The notes beneath the pieces are model-generated. The model was not told the origin of the DNA. It ran no database searches and saw only the letters and a list, made by a program, of their open reading frames with translations. The position numbers and the translations under genes were made by a program. Below are positions 49,183 to 57,499 of a stretch of DNA of 64,000 bases, piece after piece; positions within the stretch are counted from its first letter, which is position 1; the number at the start of each line of letters is the position of its first letter. Source of the DNA: a virus; IMG/VR virus record IMGVR_UViG_3300047312_000028, positions 64,001 through 128,000 of that record; one strand, 5' to 3'.

Positions 49183-49194
49183 TTGTGCTATAAT
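49166..49194 (+). promoter_or_regulatory. Sigma70-type promoter TTGATC-17-TATAAT with extended -10 (TG)
   Basis: Boxes at 49166-71 and 49189-94. Confidence 0.7.
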
Positions 49195-49202
49195 TACTTT
49201 CA

Positions 49203-49754
49203 GTGAAACCTCTCACAAGAAAGATGGACATGGTTGAATCCAAAGCTGATAACGACATAGCAATGGTGATGCTTGAGAACAGAGATGTAATTCTAACTGA
49301 GGTACAATCAGAAGATACGACAGGACCGATAGGACAAACACGCATTCATATATTCATCACACCAGCTTTAGTCATTGCGCAGCGCGGCCTGCATGGAAGT
49401 TTGGGACTACAACTTACCCCGTGGCTCCCATATGAAATCATGTCTGGCTCACACATTGAATACAGAAAAGATAAGATTATCGGCATATTACAACCCAATC
49501 CCCATCTTGTGACATATTACAAATCGTGGGCGAAGATCGAACGAGACAAACAGGTAGAGTTTGGTAAAGACTTTGCCAGTCAGATCGGAGAACTTCAAGA
49601 GTACCACGATCAGAAATATGCACGAACAAAACAAATGCACCAAGAGGAGAATGCTGCATCGCCTGTACCAAATCAGCACTCCGCACTGACACCGATTATC
49701 TATCAAATGTTCGACGAGGACAAGGATTGGGGAGACTCAGGCACGACCCATTAA
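49203..49754 (+). CDS. Hypothetical protein between uvsW and gp55
   Basis: 183-aa ORF; L.PW.P motif; slot often occupied by a small conserved gene in cyanophage-like genomes. Confidence 0.6.
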   Translation: MKPLTRKMDMVESKADNDIAMVMLENRDVILTEVQSEDTTGPIGQTRIHIFITPALVIAQRGLHGSLGLQLTPWLPYEIMSGSHIEYRKDKIIGILQPNPHLVTYYKSWAKIERDKQVEFGKDFASQIGELQEYHDQKYARTKQMHQEENAASPVPNQHSALTPIIYQMFDEDKDWGDSGTTH

Positions 49755-49762
49755 GGAGATTC

Positions 49763-50317
49763 ATGGCCCAGGCTCATTATGTCAATAATCAAGATTTATT
49801 GAAAGCACTCATTGAACACAGACAAGCACTGAAAGAAGCAAAAAAGACCAAGCAAACTCCACCTGAATTGAGTGAGTATCTTGGTACCTGTTTTCTCAAG
49901 ATCGCCGAGCATCTTTCGCGCAAACCGAACTTCATGTCCTACACGTTTCGTGAGGATATGATTTCCGACGCGGTAGAGAACTGTATTCAGTATGTCAACA
50001 ACTTCAATCCAGCGAAGTCCAAGAACCCCTTCGCCTACTTCACCCAAATCATCTACTTCGCTTTTCTGAGACGAATCAGCAAAGAGAAGAAACAACTTTA
50101 CGTTAAATACAAAGCGACTGAACAGCTTGGTATCTTACAGAACACTGAAATGCACGACCTCGATGGGATAGGTCAAGGAGGCGGTAAAGCGTTCCAAGTA
50201 TATGAAAACATTACAGAATTCATTCAAACGTTCGAGCAGGGGCGTAAAAACAAGAAACGTACCAAGAAGTCAACGAAGACAGCAACGCGCGGAACACTTA
50301 AATTTATAGGTGACTAA
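49763..50317 (+). CDS. gp55: Late transcription sigma factor gp55
   Basis: Start at ATG 49763 (AAGGAG RBS); HYVNN, LKIAEHLS.KPNF..Y..REDMISD..ENC, NPFAYFTQI...AFLRRI.KEKKQ. Confidence 0.95.
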   Translation: MAQAHYVNNQDLLKALIEHRQALKEAKKTKQTPPELSEYLGTCFLKIAEHLSRKPNFMSYTFREDMISDAVENCIQYVNNFNPAKSKNPFAYFTQIIYFAFLRRISKEKKQLYVKYKATEQLGILQNTEMHDLDGIGQGGGKAFQVYENITEFIQTFEQGRKNKKRTKKSTKTATRGTLKFIGD

Positions 50318-50559
50318 TGTCCAAAGGTAAATTTCAACCGCAACCACAACGTTCTCAGATCGATCAACTCGAACAGAGAATGGAAAAGCTTGAGAAACGA
50401 ATCGAAGCATTAGAACGACAGCAACAAAGCGACCACGGCAGACTCGGTCCAGCAGTCATGGGATCGGGCAAAGATAGTCCGTTCTTGGAAATGCAAGACC
50501 GCATTAAAGAACTCGAAGATCAGAATATCTTTGGTCTCAACCAACGAATAGGTTTTTAA
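50317..50559 (+). CDS. Small coiled-coil hypothetical protein
   Basis: Stop/start overlaps on both sides; LEQRMEKLEKRIEALE. Confidence 0.65.
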   Translation: MSKGKFQPQPQRSQIDQLEQRMEKLEKRIEALERQQQSDHGRLGPAVMGSGKDSPFLEMQDRIKELEDQNIFGLNQRIGF

Positions 50560-51641
50560 TGAAGCTGGCACTAATCAACGACACGCACGCCGGAGCGCGT
50601 AGTGATAACCCACAGGTGAATGAATATTTCTTTCGTTTCTGGAACGATATCTTCTTTCCTTCGCTCACCAAATATAATATCGACAAAATCATCCACTTGG
50701 GTGATGTAGTCGACCGTCGCAAGTTCATTAACTTCGCAATTTGGTATAAGTGGAAGAAGGATTTCTTTGATCGTATTCAGAACGAATTCAATCTTCCTAT
50801 AGACATGCTCTGTGGTAACCACGACGTATACTATAGAAATACCAATGATGTGAATGCGTTAGATGAATTGCTGGGTAACTATCCCAACATTCGTATCTTC
50901 AAAGAAGCGCAAGACATGCAATATGGTAGCTTGAACGTCGCCTTAATCCCGTGGATTAACTCAGGCAACCTTGAGCGCAGCATGACCTATATTAACGAGA
51001 CCAAGGCGCCTGTGATCTTCGGTCACTTAGAAATCTCAGGCTTTGAGATGGACAACGGCAACGTGTGCCTTACCGGTTTGACCAAAGATGTATTTGATCG
51101 ATTCGACATGGTTCTGTCAGGTCACTTTCATCACCGATCAAGCGACGGATCAATCTTCTATCTCGGTAACCAATATGAAATGACATGGGCCGACTACAAG
51201 GACCCGCGCGGCTTCCATATCTTCGATACCGAAACAAGAGACTTGACTTATATCGAAAATCCATATAGACTGTTCCATAAGATTACTTACGATGATAGTC
51301 TCCAGAGCTTTGAATTCTGGAAGAATCATGCGTTCAAAAAGTACACAAGTTCGTATGTGAAAGTCGTAGTCGTTCGCAAGCAGAATCCTTATCTATTCGA
51401 CACGTTCATGGACATGCTGTACAAGGCATCCCCTCTCGACGTGACTACAGTAGAAGATTACACAGAGACCGCACTAGATGCCGCACAAGGTGTAGTCAAT
51501 CAGGCAGAAGATACCGTGACCATCATTCGCAAGTGCGTCGATGGCATGAAGATGCCTGGTGGTGTGGATCCAGAAAAGCTCAAAGGTATTCTGCAAGAGA
51601 TTTATGTTGAAGCGGTAAATACGGAAACGGACGCGCAATAA
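50559..51641 (+). CDS. gp47: Recombination endonuclease gp47 (Mre11/SbcD-like)
   Basis: DTH.G, HLGD..D, GNHD, GH.E, SGHFH. Confidence 0.95.
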   Translation: MKLALINDTHAGARSDNPQVNEYFFRFWNDIFFPSLTKYNIDKIIHLGDVVDRRKFINFAIWYKWKKDFFDRIQNEFNLPIDMLCGNHDVYYRNTNDVNALDELLGNYPNIRIFKEAQDMQYGSLNVALIPWINSGNLERSMTYINETKAPVIFGHLEISGFEMDNGNVCLTGLTKDVFDRFDMVLSGHFHHRSSDGSIFYLGNQYEMTWADYKDPRGFHIFDTETRDLTYIENPYRLFHKITYDDSLQSFEFWKNHAFKKYTSSYVKVVVVRKQNPYLFDTFMDMLYKASPLDVTTVEDYTETALDAAQGVVNQAEDTVTIIRKCVDGMKMPGGVDPEKLKGILQEIYVEAVNTETDAQ

Positions 51642-53350
51642 TGCTGCATTTCAAAAAGTTGAAGTGGAAGAACTTTCTTAGCACTGGGAACTACTGGTCA
51701 GAAATCGTATTCGACCGCAGCCAGAACACACTGGTTGTAGGAGAGAACGGTTCTGGTAAGAGCACAATGCTGGATGCTCTCTGCTTTGCTCTCTATAATA
51801 CACCGTTTCGTAACGTCAACAAGGGAACTCTAGTCAACTCTATCAACCAACGCGATTGTTCGGTTGAAGCTGAATTCACTACCGATAACCATGAGTATCG
51901 AGTCGTTCGTGGAATCAAGCCTGATGTGTTTGAAATCTACAAGGACGGAGTCCTCGAGGACCAGACTCCTTCTGTGGACTATCAAGATCATCTAGAGAAG
52001 TTCATTCTTAAGCTGAACTATAAAAGCTTCACCCAGATCGTGATTCTTGGATCGGCTTCGTTCACTCCGTTCATGCAATTGAAAGCCAGTGATCGACGCG
52101 CCATCATTGAAGACTTGCTAGACATACAGATTTTCTCGTTGATGAACAAGATAGTCAAGACTAAGCTTTCAGAACTCTTGAACGGTAAGCTTTCAAATAA
52201 GCTCCTGATTGATGCCTGTGCAGATAAGATTACCATACAAGAACGATATATTGCTGAAGCGCAGCAGGATGTCCAGGCACGTATCTCAGAGCACAATGAA
52301 GAGCTACGAAAGAACATTGAAGAGATTACAAAACTCAATATGAATATCGCAGTCTCTAAACGTTCGCTCTCTGACATGAGCTCCAAGATTGCCGACAAAG
52401 CGAAAATTGAAGCGTCCTTAAGAAAAGTGACTCAATTGGAAGCTCAGATCGAAAACAACACAAGTAAACATAAAAAGAATATCAAGTTCTTTGAGACAGA
52501 AGATCAATGCCCAACCTGTACACAGGTGATCGATTCGACATTCAAGACAGCGCAAATCACAGGATTGACTGCTAAAGTATCTGAGTGTCAGACGGGTCTA
52601 ACCCAACTTGAACAGAAAGCAATCACCTATCAAAAGCAGTTGAGTGATATCGCCGTTATTGAACAGGAGATGAATCTACATGAAGTGGGTATCTCTGGCT
52701 ATGAAAATTCGATTGCGCAGATCGAACGATTCAACCAGGTCTTGACAAATAAACTGAACGAATTACAGAACAACCACCACTCGACAGTGCGTGAACAAGA
52801 TCGACTCAAAGAACACCAAGACGAACTCGCCAAGCTCATTGCTGAGAAACAGGTGCTGATTAGCACCGAAGCGTATTATGAAGCGTCTAGCACTCTTCTA
52901 AAGGACACCGGGATCAAGACAAAGATCATTCGACAGTATTTGCCAATTATCAATACATTCTCGAATAAATACCTTGCCAGTATGGACTTCTTCGTGAACT
53001 TCAACCTGGACGAGACATTCAAGGAAACAATCAAGTCTCGATTCCGTGATGAATTCACATATCATTCGTTCTCAGAAGGACAGAAGCAACGCATTGACAT
53101 GGCCCTGATGTTGACCTGGAGAGGAGTCGCTAAACTCAAGAACTCAGCAGACACCAATCTGTTAATCCTTGATGAAATATTCGATTCCAGTCTTGACAAT
53201 GCGGGCGCCGAAGAACTGATGAAGATTCTGTATTCCCTTGAAGGCACAAATGTCTTCGTCATTAGCCACAGAGGAGACATTTTACAAGACAAATTCAGAA
53301 CCGTCATTAAGTTCGAGACTCACCAAAACTTTTCACGTATTGCATCATAA
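51641..53350 (+). CDS. gp46: Recombination ATPase gp46 (Rad50/SbcC-like)
   Basis: GENGSGKS, CPTC zinc hook, FSEGQK, LILDEIFDSSLD. Confidence 0.96.
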   Translation: MLHFKKLKWKNFLSTGNYWSEIVFDRSQNTLVVGENGSGKSTMLDALCFALYNTPFRNVNKGTLVNSINQRDCSVEAEFTTDNHEYRVVRGIKPDVFEIYKDGVLEDQTPSVDYQDHLEKFILKLNYKSFTQIVILGSASFTPFMQLKASDRRAIIEDLLDIQIFSLMNKIVKTKLSELLNGKLSNKLLIDACADKITIQERYIAEAQQDVQARISEHNEELRKNIEEITKLNMNIAVSKRSLSDMSSKIADKAKIEASLRKVTQLEAQIENNTSKHKKNIKFFETEDQCPTCTQVIDSTFKTAQITGLTAKVSECQTGLTQLEQKAITYQKQLSDIAVIEQEMNLHEVGISGYENSIAQIERFNQVLTNKLNELQNNHHSTVREQDRLKEHQDELAKLIAEKQVLISTEAYYEASSTLLKDTGIKTKIIRQYLPIINTFSNKYLASMDFFVNFNLDETFKETIKSRFRDEFTYHSFSEGQKQRIDMALMLTWRGVAKLKNSADTNLLILDEIFDSSLDNAGAEELMKILYSLEGTNVFVISHRGDILQDKFRTVIKFETHQNFSRIAS

Positions 53351-53361
53351 AGGAGATTGCT

Positions 53362-54057
53362 ATGAATGATCTGACCGTCAATCAGCCAACCGCACCGAAG
53401 AGCTTTTCATATAATACAGAAGCCCCTCCTACGATTGCACCTAAGCAGCCACCTAAGTTGCTTCCGTTGTATAATGAAAATAATCCCATGTTGGCACTCA
53501 AGCAGCCAGAGTTTGATGTAAAGAACCCACCAGTCAATATTATAGACTTTGCTAATCAGCTTCTCTACACCATGAGTCATTACGGTGGAGTAGGTCTTGC
53601 GGCACCACAATGCGGATTCCCTTTCCGTATGTTTGTCATGACGGGCGGGATCGTCTGTATCAACCCAGTGATCGTAGAACGATCAAAAGAAACAATATAC
53701 ACAAAGGAAGGGTGTCTCAGCTTCCCAGGTCTCTATTTGCCTGTGACCCGTCCCGAAACAGTCTTGATTCGCTACACCAACGAGTATGGAAAAGAAGTTG
53801 AAGTGCGATGGACAGGCGCCACGGCTCGATGTGCGCAACATGAGTACGATCATTTGGAAGGGAAAGTCTACACTTCACTAGTTGGTAACCTGACTCTTCA
53901 GATGGCGAAGAAGAAGCGACAGAAGCTTTTCAAGAAGATCCAACGCGCTGTAGAAATCAAGCAACGCAACCTTCGTATCGCTGGAAAAGATAAAGCATAT
54001 GTCGCCAAGACAGTTGAAAATAGACCGGTAGAGATTGAAACACATAGGCAGGGATAA
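53362..54057 (+). CDS. def: Peptide deformylase
   Basis: GVGLAAPQ, EGCLS and QHEYDHLEG motifs. Confidence 0.93.
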   Translation: MNDLTVNQPTAPKSFSYNTEAPPTIAPKQPPKLLPLYNENNPMLALKQPEFDVKNPPVNIIDFANQLLYTMSHYGGVGLAAPQCGFPFRMFVMTGGIVCINPVIVERSKETIYTKEGCLSFPGLYLPVTRPETVLIRYTNEYGKEVEVRWTGATARCAQHEYDHLEGKVYTSLVGNLTLQMAKKKRQKLFKKIQRAVEIKQRNLRIAGKDKAYVAKTVENRPVEIETHRQG

Positions 54058-55196
54058 TGAAAGACTGGCAACACGGTATTGAAATCGACTATCTCAAGGC
54101 GCAAGAACGATTCTATGAACCGTTCAACAAACATGCTTTGTCGGTCTTTGGTAAGTTCAAGAAAAACGACATTGCTGCCAAATTGTATGCTGGTGTGTGG
54201 AAGAGAATGCGCGACTGTGCTTATGTCGTAGAAGAAGCGAAGGTAGCTACCAAGATCAGTATGCACGGCAGCACGATCATCGGTCAGAAAGAAAAAGGAG
54301 ATTTGACATTTTCTAAGCTTGTAGGTGATCTGATAGAGTTGACTTTTGCATTTCACGCATTACACTATAAAGAACGAAACTGTTTCATCGTCGCGTATGC
54401 TGGTCAAGAAGATATCTGTGCATTTGCCGAATACCAGGGATTCAGAAAGCTTGGTTATAAAGTTACTTCGTTTGCAGAGATTCTAGCAGTCTACTATCGT
54501 GATTCAGATTTAAGTCTCGCTCCACGCGATCATCCTAGAGCGTCTACTGCCGATCTTGTCGGCATGGCACAAGTCGGAATAGCGAATCATAAACTCCTAT
54601 TAGCCATTCTAGGAAAACTTCAATCACTTGACCCTAAGTTCACGAACCACTATAGCAACTACAATGCGAAGAATGCGTGGTCCGCTCTTTCACTTCGTGG
54701 CTACTCAGCAGATCCGGGCTTCATTATCAAGCCCGCTGAGATGAATGATAAGTGGTTAGCTGAACACAAAACTGAGAACTACTTTCTACAAGATACACCT
54801 TTATATACCCAATTCCCCGAGGTCCGACAATTATTGTCGTTCTTAGATGGGGAAGTGCACCGGGTACGATTTATGCAATTAGCTCCTGGCGGGGGAGAGT
54901 TACAAAGACATACAGACCAGGTCGATCCTGATGCTGGCAACTCGTTAGGCGCCGTGGCTCGCTTGCACTTCCCTTTAGTCACAAATGAACGAGTGATCTT
55001 CAGTACATGGAATGAGTTTGACAAAGAAGAAAACTATCATTATGGATTCGGTGAAGTGTGGGTGATCGATACACGCAAACCACACAAAGCAGTCAACGGT
55101 GGCAAAGACAATCGTATACATCTTGTGGTTGATGTAGTTGTCACACCTAAGATTGAAAGGATAATTTGTGAAGGTACCTCAAGACGTATTGAATAA
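54057..55196 (+). CDS. Fusion of an N-terminal GNAT-like(?) domain and a C-terminal 2OG-Fe(II) oxygenase (Asp/Asn beta-hydroxylase-like)
   Basis: C-terminal RVRFM.L.PGG.L.RHTD...RLH.P..TN...GE.W.ID..KPH...N.G...RIHLV.D facial-triad pattern; the GNAT call rests only on a GF..LG strand-loop motif. Confidence 0.7.
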   Translation: MKDWQHGIEIDYLKAQERFYEPFNKHALSVFGKFKKNDIAAKLYAGVWKRMRDCAYVVEEAKVATKISMHGSTIIGQKEKGDLTFSKLVGDLIELTFAFHALHYKERNCFIVAYAGQEDICAFAEYQGFRKLGYKVTSFAEILAVYYRDSDLSLAPRDHPRASTADLVGMAQVGIANHKLLLAILGKLQSLDPKFTNHYSNYNAKNAWSALSLRGYSADPGFIIKPAEMNDKWLAEHKTENYFLQDTPLYTQFPEVRQLLSFLDGEVHRVRFMQLAPGGGELQRHTDQVDPDAGNSLGAVARLHFPLVTNERVIFSTWNEFDKEENYHYGFGEVWVIDTRKPHKAVNGGKDNRIHLVVDVVVTPKIERIICEGTSRRIE

Positions 55197-55611
55197 GATG
55201 TTTGAGACGGCAGACCTCTCAAAGGATGAACTCTATGATGCTTTGAGAAAGATGGGTGCCAAAGCGATCAAGCCCAAGTTCCGATTTGGTTGGTCTGAAG
55301 AAGTGCCTACGTGGTGCACTTGCTACTTTGTCTCTGAGTTTGCCTACTTCTATCTTGCACCGAAGGGAACGAAACCCTATTCAGTAAAAGTGCCTGGTGA
55401 TCCTGGGACGCATAGATTCTTGATGTGGCCAGATTCCATCATTGTTGATTTAACAGCAGAACAATTCCCAGATTATGGACTGGTGAGAACAGCCTACTCA
55501 AAAGCTAGAGTTACAATGTTCATGCAAACAGGATGTGTCGGTCCATCACAGAGAGCGAAGGAGCTAGCCGGGATCCTTGGCTTTAATGAATCAGCCTGGT
55601 CAAAACCTTAA
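55168..55611 (+). CDS. Hypothetical protein, possible papain/transglutaminase-like Cys-His-Asp fold
   Basis: CYFVSE...TH.FL....IVDLTAEQF pattern. Confidence 0.5.
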   Translation: MKVPQDVLNKMFETADLSKDELYDALRKMGAKAIKPKFRFGWSEEVPTWCTCYFVSEFAYFYLAPKGTKPYSVKVPGDPGTHRFLMWPDSIIVDLTAEQFPDYGLVRTAYSKARVTMFMQTGCVGPSQRAKELAGILGFNESAWSKP

Positions 55612-55621
55612 AGGAGAAGCT

Positions 55622-56239
55622 ATGAAGCAGAATTACACACATATGATTTTGGTGCTCGACGAATCAGGTTCCATGGCATACACCGCGGCCGCGACACGAG
55701 AAGGCGTCAATGGATTGCTCGATACGCAGCAAGCGGTGCCTGGCGATCTCACGACAGCGTTGTATAAGTTCTCAAACTCAGTATCGGAAGTAGCGACCCT
55801 CTTGGCGCTCACGACAGACAACTATCGTCCAAGTGGTGGTACAGCATTGAATGATGCCGTATGCCAAGCGATTGACAAAGAAGGTGCGCGCCTTTCTGCA
55901 TTGCCAGAAGAACAACGACCGGATAAGGTTGTGGTAGCGATTGTGACTGACGGATTTGAAAATGCGTCAATCAAATTCAAGAAAGCAGATGTGAAGGATC
56001 GTATCACCCGCCAAGAAGCACAGTACCAGTGGCAATTTGTATTCTTGGGTGCCAACATGGATGCGTTCGCTGAAGCAGAATCCTACGGCATCTTGAAAAC
56101 GTCAGGTTATGCGTTCAATATGACAGCAGACAGCATTAAGACCTCTTATGATGTTACCTCGAAAGCGTTTGCTGATTACAGAGTGGGAACGAAAAAGACA
56201 GTCAACATGGCAGACGCCGCAAAGGACCTGGGTAAATAA
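55622..56239 (+). CDS. vWA domain protein
   Basis: Start at ATG 55622 (AAGGAG RBS); MIDAS DESGSM, GGTAL.DA, TDG.ENAS, W.F.FLGAN. Confidence 0.88.
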   Translation: MKQNYTHMILVLDESGSMAYTAAATREGVNGLLDTQQAVPGDLTTALYKFSNSVSEVATLLALTTDNYRPSGGTALNDAVCQAIDKEGARLSALPEEQRPDKVVVAIVTDGFENASIKFKKADVKDRITRQEAQYQWQFVFLGANMDAFAEAESYGILKTSGYAFNMTADSIKTSYDVTSKAFADYRVGTKKTVNMADAAKDLGK

Positions 56240-56240
56240 T

Positions 56241-57068
56241 ATGTTTTACAAACCCCTCTCAGTTATGCCTGGTATGTTTGATTTTCTGCATGAATCGATT
56301 GCAGAGATAGAACATTCTGGATGGCAAGACCCAAACCCACCAATTCAAGTCATGGATCATGAGGGCTTCCTCGTGGTCCGTGATGACCTCCTCGGATACG
56401 GATCGAAAGCTCGATTCATCGATTATATGATTAAGACAGCACCACAACAGCAATTCGTATTCGGTGCCTGTCCTGCGACTGGTTACGCACAGATCAGTTT
56501 ACCCGCCGTCGCTACTCGGTATAATAAGCAGGTGCATTTGTTCATGGCACAACGAAACATGAACAAACTTCACGACTATCAGAAGCTAGGAGCGGACTTA
56601 GGATCGATCTATCACTGGGTGCCTTCTGGTATGCTGAACGTAACCAAAGCCAGAGCAATGGAGTATGCCGCAGAAGATCCAATCAATCGCGTCTTATTAC
56701 CTATCGGTCTTGAGAATCCCACAGTCATTGCCAGCATCGTCAAAGTGGCAAGAGACCAAATAGGATTCACACCAGATCATGTATGGACGGTTGGTTCTAG
56801 CGGTACGCTGAACAGAGGTCTGCAACTTGCCTGGCCGACTGCCGAAGTACATGTAGTCTCTGTGGGTCATAAAATGAGTGAACGAGAAATAGGCAGAGCA
56901 ATCATACATACCGTTCCGTATAAGTTCGACAAGAAGCTGAAGCCAATCGATGCACCACCGTTCCCAAGTGCGCCGACATACGATGCAAAGGGATGGCGTC
57001 CGATGGTTGATTGGTATAAGACACATGAACGACCTGAGAAGGTTCTCTTCTGGAACGTCGCCGCATAA
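56241..57068 (+). CDS. PLP-dependent fold-type II enzyme (D-cysteine desulfhydrase/ACC deaminase-like)
   Basis: VVRDDLL..GSKAR (PLP Lys), TVGSSGTL phosphate loop, YDAKGW, LFWNV. Confidence 0.8.
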   Translation: MFYKPLSVMPGMFDFLHESIAEIEHSGWQDPNPPIQVMDHEGFLVVRDDLLGYGSKARFIDYMIKTAPQQQFVFGACPATGYAQISLPAVATRYNKQVHLFMAQRNMNKLHDYQKLGADLGSIYHWVPSGMLNVTKARAMEYAAEDPINRVLLPIGLENPTVIASIVKVARDQIGFTPDHVWTVGSSGTLNRGLQLAWPTAEVHVVSVGHKMSEREIGRAIIHTVPYKFDKKLKPIDAPPFPSAPTYDAKGWRPMVDWYKTHERPEKVLFWNVAA

Positions 57069-57072
57069 TTCC

Positions 57073-57101
57073 TTGACATTTCAATTCACTTGTGGTATAA
57101 T
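57073..57101 (+). promoter_or_regulatory. Consensus sigma70 promoter TTGACA-17-TATAAT with extended -10
   Basis: Perfect -35 (57073-78) and -10 (57096-101), TG at 57093. Confidence 0.88.
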
Positions 57102-57109
57102 TCTCACTT

Positions 57110-57499
57110 ATGCGTCTACTTGTCTGCGGCGACCGTGAATGGTCAGACTACATTATGATCGAACGTGAAATCAAAAATCTCAAGCCCGCCATCGTGATTG
57201 AAGGTGAAGCTAGAGGCGCAGACAGTCTTGCCCGCAAAGCTGCCGAAACTCTCGGCATTCCAGTTCTCCCCTTCCCCGCTGATTGGGACCAGTATGGTCG
57301 ATCAGCGGGGCCCATTCGCAATCGCTTGATGTTAAGTAAAGGTATGCCTACACTTGTACTTGCGTTCCATGATAATCTAGCGAAGTCAAAAGGCACTCTT
57401 GATATGGTGAATGCTGCACGAAAGTACGGCGTAGAAGTGAGAGTGATTGGACATGGCTCAACCGTAACCTACCCCGCAACAGGAAGACTTGATCTATGA
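57110..57499 (+). CDS. SLOG-superfamily protein (DUF2493/YspA-like)
   Basis: LLVCGDR, GEARGAD, ADW..YG.SAGPIRN..M, SKGT.DM. Confidence 0.85.
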   Translation: MRLLVCGDREWSDYIMIEREIKNLKPAIVIEGEARGADSLARKAAETLGIPVLPFPADWDQYGRSAGPIRNRLMLSKGMPTLVLAFHDNLAKSKGTLDMVNAARKYGVEVRVIGHGSTVTYPATGRLDL

